Positions 63,151 through 64,000 of a stretch of DNA of 64,000 bases are shown here, piece after piece. The position numbers and the translations under genes were made by a program. The stretch covers positions 992,001 to 1,056,000 of the forward strand of contig OZ219917.1 in NCBI GenBank assembly GCA_964291415.2, written 5' to 3'. Source of the stretch: Alphaproteobacteria bacterium (lineage in GTDB: Bacteria; Pseudomonadota; Alphaproteobacteria; SP197). The first letter of the stretch is position 1. Every line of letters starts with the position of its first letter. The notes below the pieces were generated by a model that worked only from the letters and a program-made list of their open reading frames with translations, made no database searches and was not told the DNA's origin.

Positions 63151-63174
63151 CTGACTGACCAGTCAATCAGTCAG
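63151..63174. promoter_or_regulatory. Nested palindrome upstream of the secreted-protein pair (TetR-type operator candidate)
   Basis: CTGACTGA-CCAGTCAA-TCAGTCAG, which contains TGACTG-AC-CAGTCA. Confidence 0.5.
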
Positions 63175-63243
63175 CCGCAGGCGAGACCCTGGAGACCGTT
63201 CCGCATCACGGGAGGATGGCCGCGAGCGGGAAAGCTCTCCGGT

Positions 63244-64000
63244 TCAACCGTGTTCGGCGATGAGCGAGGCGAGAAATGCGTTGACGGTCCGCGGAGCATG
63301 GCGGTTGAGCGACACGTGTCCGAGACCGGGTAGTTCGTGGTAGTGGCCGTGTCGCGCCGCCTCGGCCACGCGCCGGACGAGGCGCGGCGGCGTCTGGATA
63401 TCCTCCGAGAAGGCAACCGCATGAATGGGCACGGGACAGTCGGCGAGGGCGGCCGTCACGTCGTAGTCAAGGCACGCCTGCCATTGGGCGACCAGCATCT
63501 GCGGGTCACGGTCGGCGAAACGGGGCGTGTAGGCAGCCTTGATCCGTTCCCACAGGGCATCGTCCTCCAGGGCATTCGCAGGATAGGCGAAGGCAGCGTA
63601 GTGGCAGGCGGCAAAGTCAGCAGGCATGGCCAGGGTGCCGTTGATCCGGGCCTGAATTTCCGCCGCCATCCAGTCGCGCGTGAAGCCGGTTATTCTGGCC
63701 GACGTCCCCATGACGATGGCAAGACGGACCAGATGGGGGTGATCGATGGCGACCTGCTGGGTAATGAGCGAACCCATGGACAGTCCGGCAAGGATGACGG
63801 GTGGCGAACAGAAGGCCTCGATGATGCCGGCGCAGTCGTCACCGAACTGCTTCATCGACCAGGGTGGCGGCGTGCTCGTGGTCTCCCCCGCGCCACGTGG
63901 ATCGTAGGCCGTCGATCTGAGGTCATGGCAGAAGAACTCGAACTGCTCGGCCCAGTAATGTGCCGGACTGTCCCCTCCGGGAACCCAGACGATGTCGGGT
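63244..64000 (-). CDS. Alpha/beta fold hydrolase (5'-truncated by the window)
   Basis: YDPRGAGET upstream in frame, GLSMG nucleophile elbow, ED..TP, GLGH. Confidence 0.85.
   Translation of the reverse strand, partial: PDIVWVPGGDSPAHYWAEQFEFFCHDLRSTAYDPRGAGETTSTPPPWSMKQFGDDCAGIIEAFCSPPVILAGLSMGSLITQQVAIDHPHLVRLAIVMGTSARITGFTRDWMAAEIQARINGTLAMPADFAACHYAAFAYPANALEDDALWERIKAAYTPRFADRDPQMLVAQWQACLDYDVTAALADCPVPIHAVAFSEDIQTPPRLVRRVAEAARHGHYHELPGLGHVSLNRHAPRTVNAFLASLIAEHG

Noticed and set aside
1-64000. CRISPR arrays, rRNA, intact IS elements
   Set aside because: No regularly spaced repeats, rRNA-like stretches or transposase motifs seen by eye.

Overview
GC-rich (about two-thirds G+C by eye) alphaproteobacterial chromosome segment, Rhodospirillales-like by gene content and order. 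Core genes: mutY (partial), rnhB, holA-lptE-leuS, tRNA-Arg(CCT), large NAD-GDH, cysE-iscR::iscS-iscS, anmK, tyrS, an AsmA/YhdP-like gene, glnE and xth. These are interleaved with many uptake and catabolic modules: taurine-type ABC, TctCBA, a Liv-type ABC with hydantoin/allantoin racemase, TRAP, a Tat-exported sulfite dehydrogenase, agmatinase, an OYE-type flavoprotein and a beta-transaminase. Short gene shards lie between operons (amidohydrolase, type IIG R-M, chimeric sulfite-oxidase duplicate, OHCU decarboxylase, ankyrin), which suggests a host-associated, eroding genome (inference). Five otherwise intact genes carry single-base frameshifts, probably assembly errors. No CRISPR array, rRNA, intact transposase or integrase was seen. 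Most notable: an IscR-cysteine desulfurase fusion with a near-consensus IscR box upstream of its operon; no ccrM at its usual rnhB/mutY position; a GlnE with a degenerate second nucleotidyltransferase domain; a duplicate ghrA/sulfite-oxidase segment deleted at microhomologies; and a pair of uncharacterised secreted proteins (CHRD-like and tandem DUF995-like). All family calls come from recognised motifs, not from database searches.
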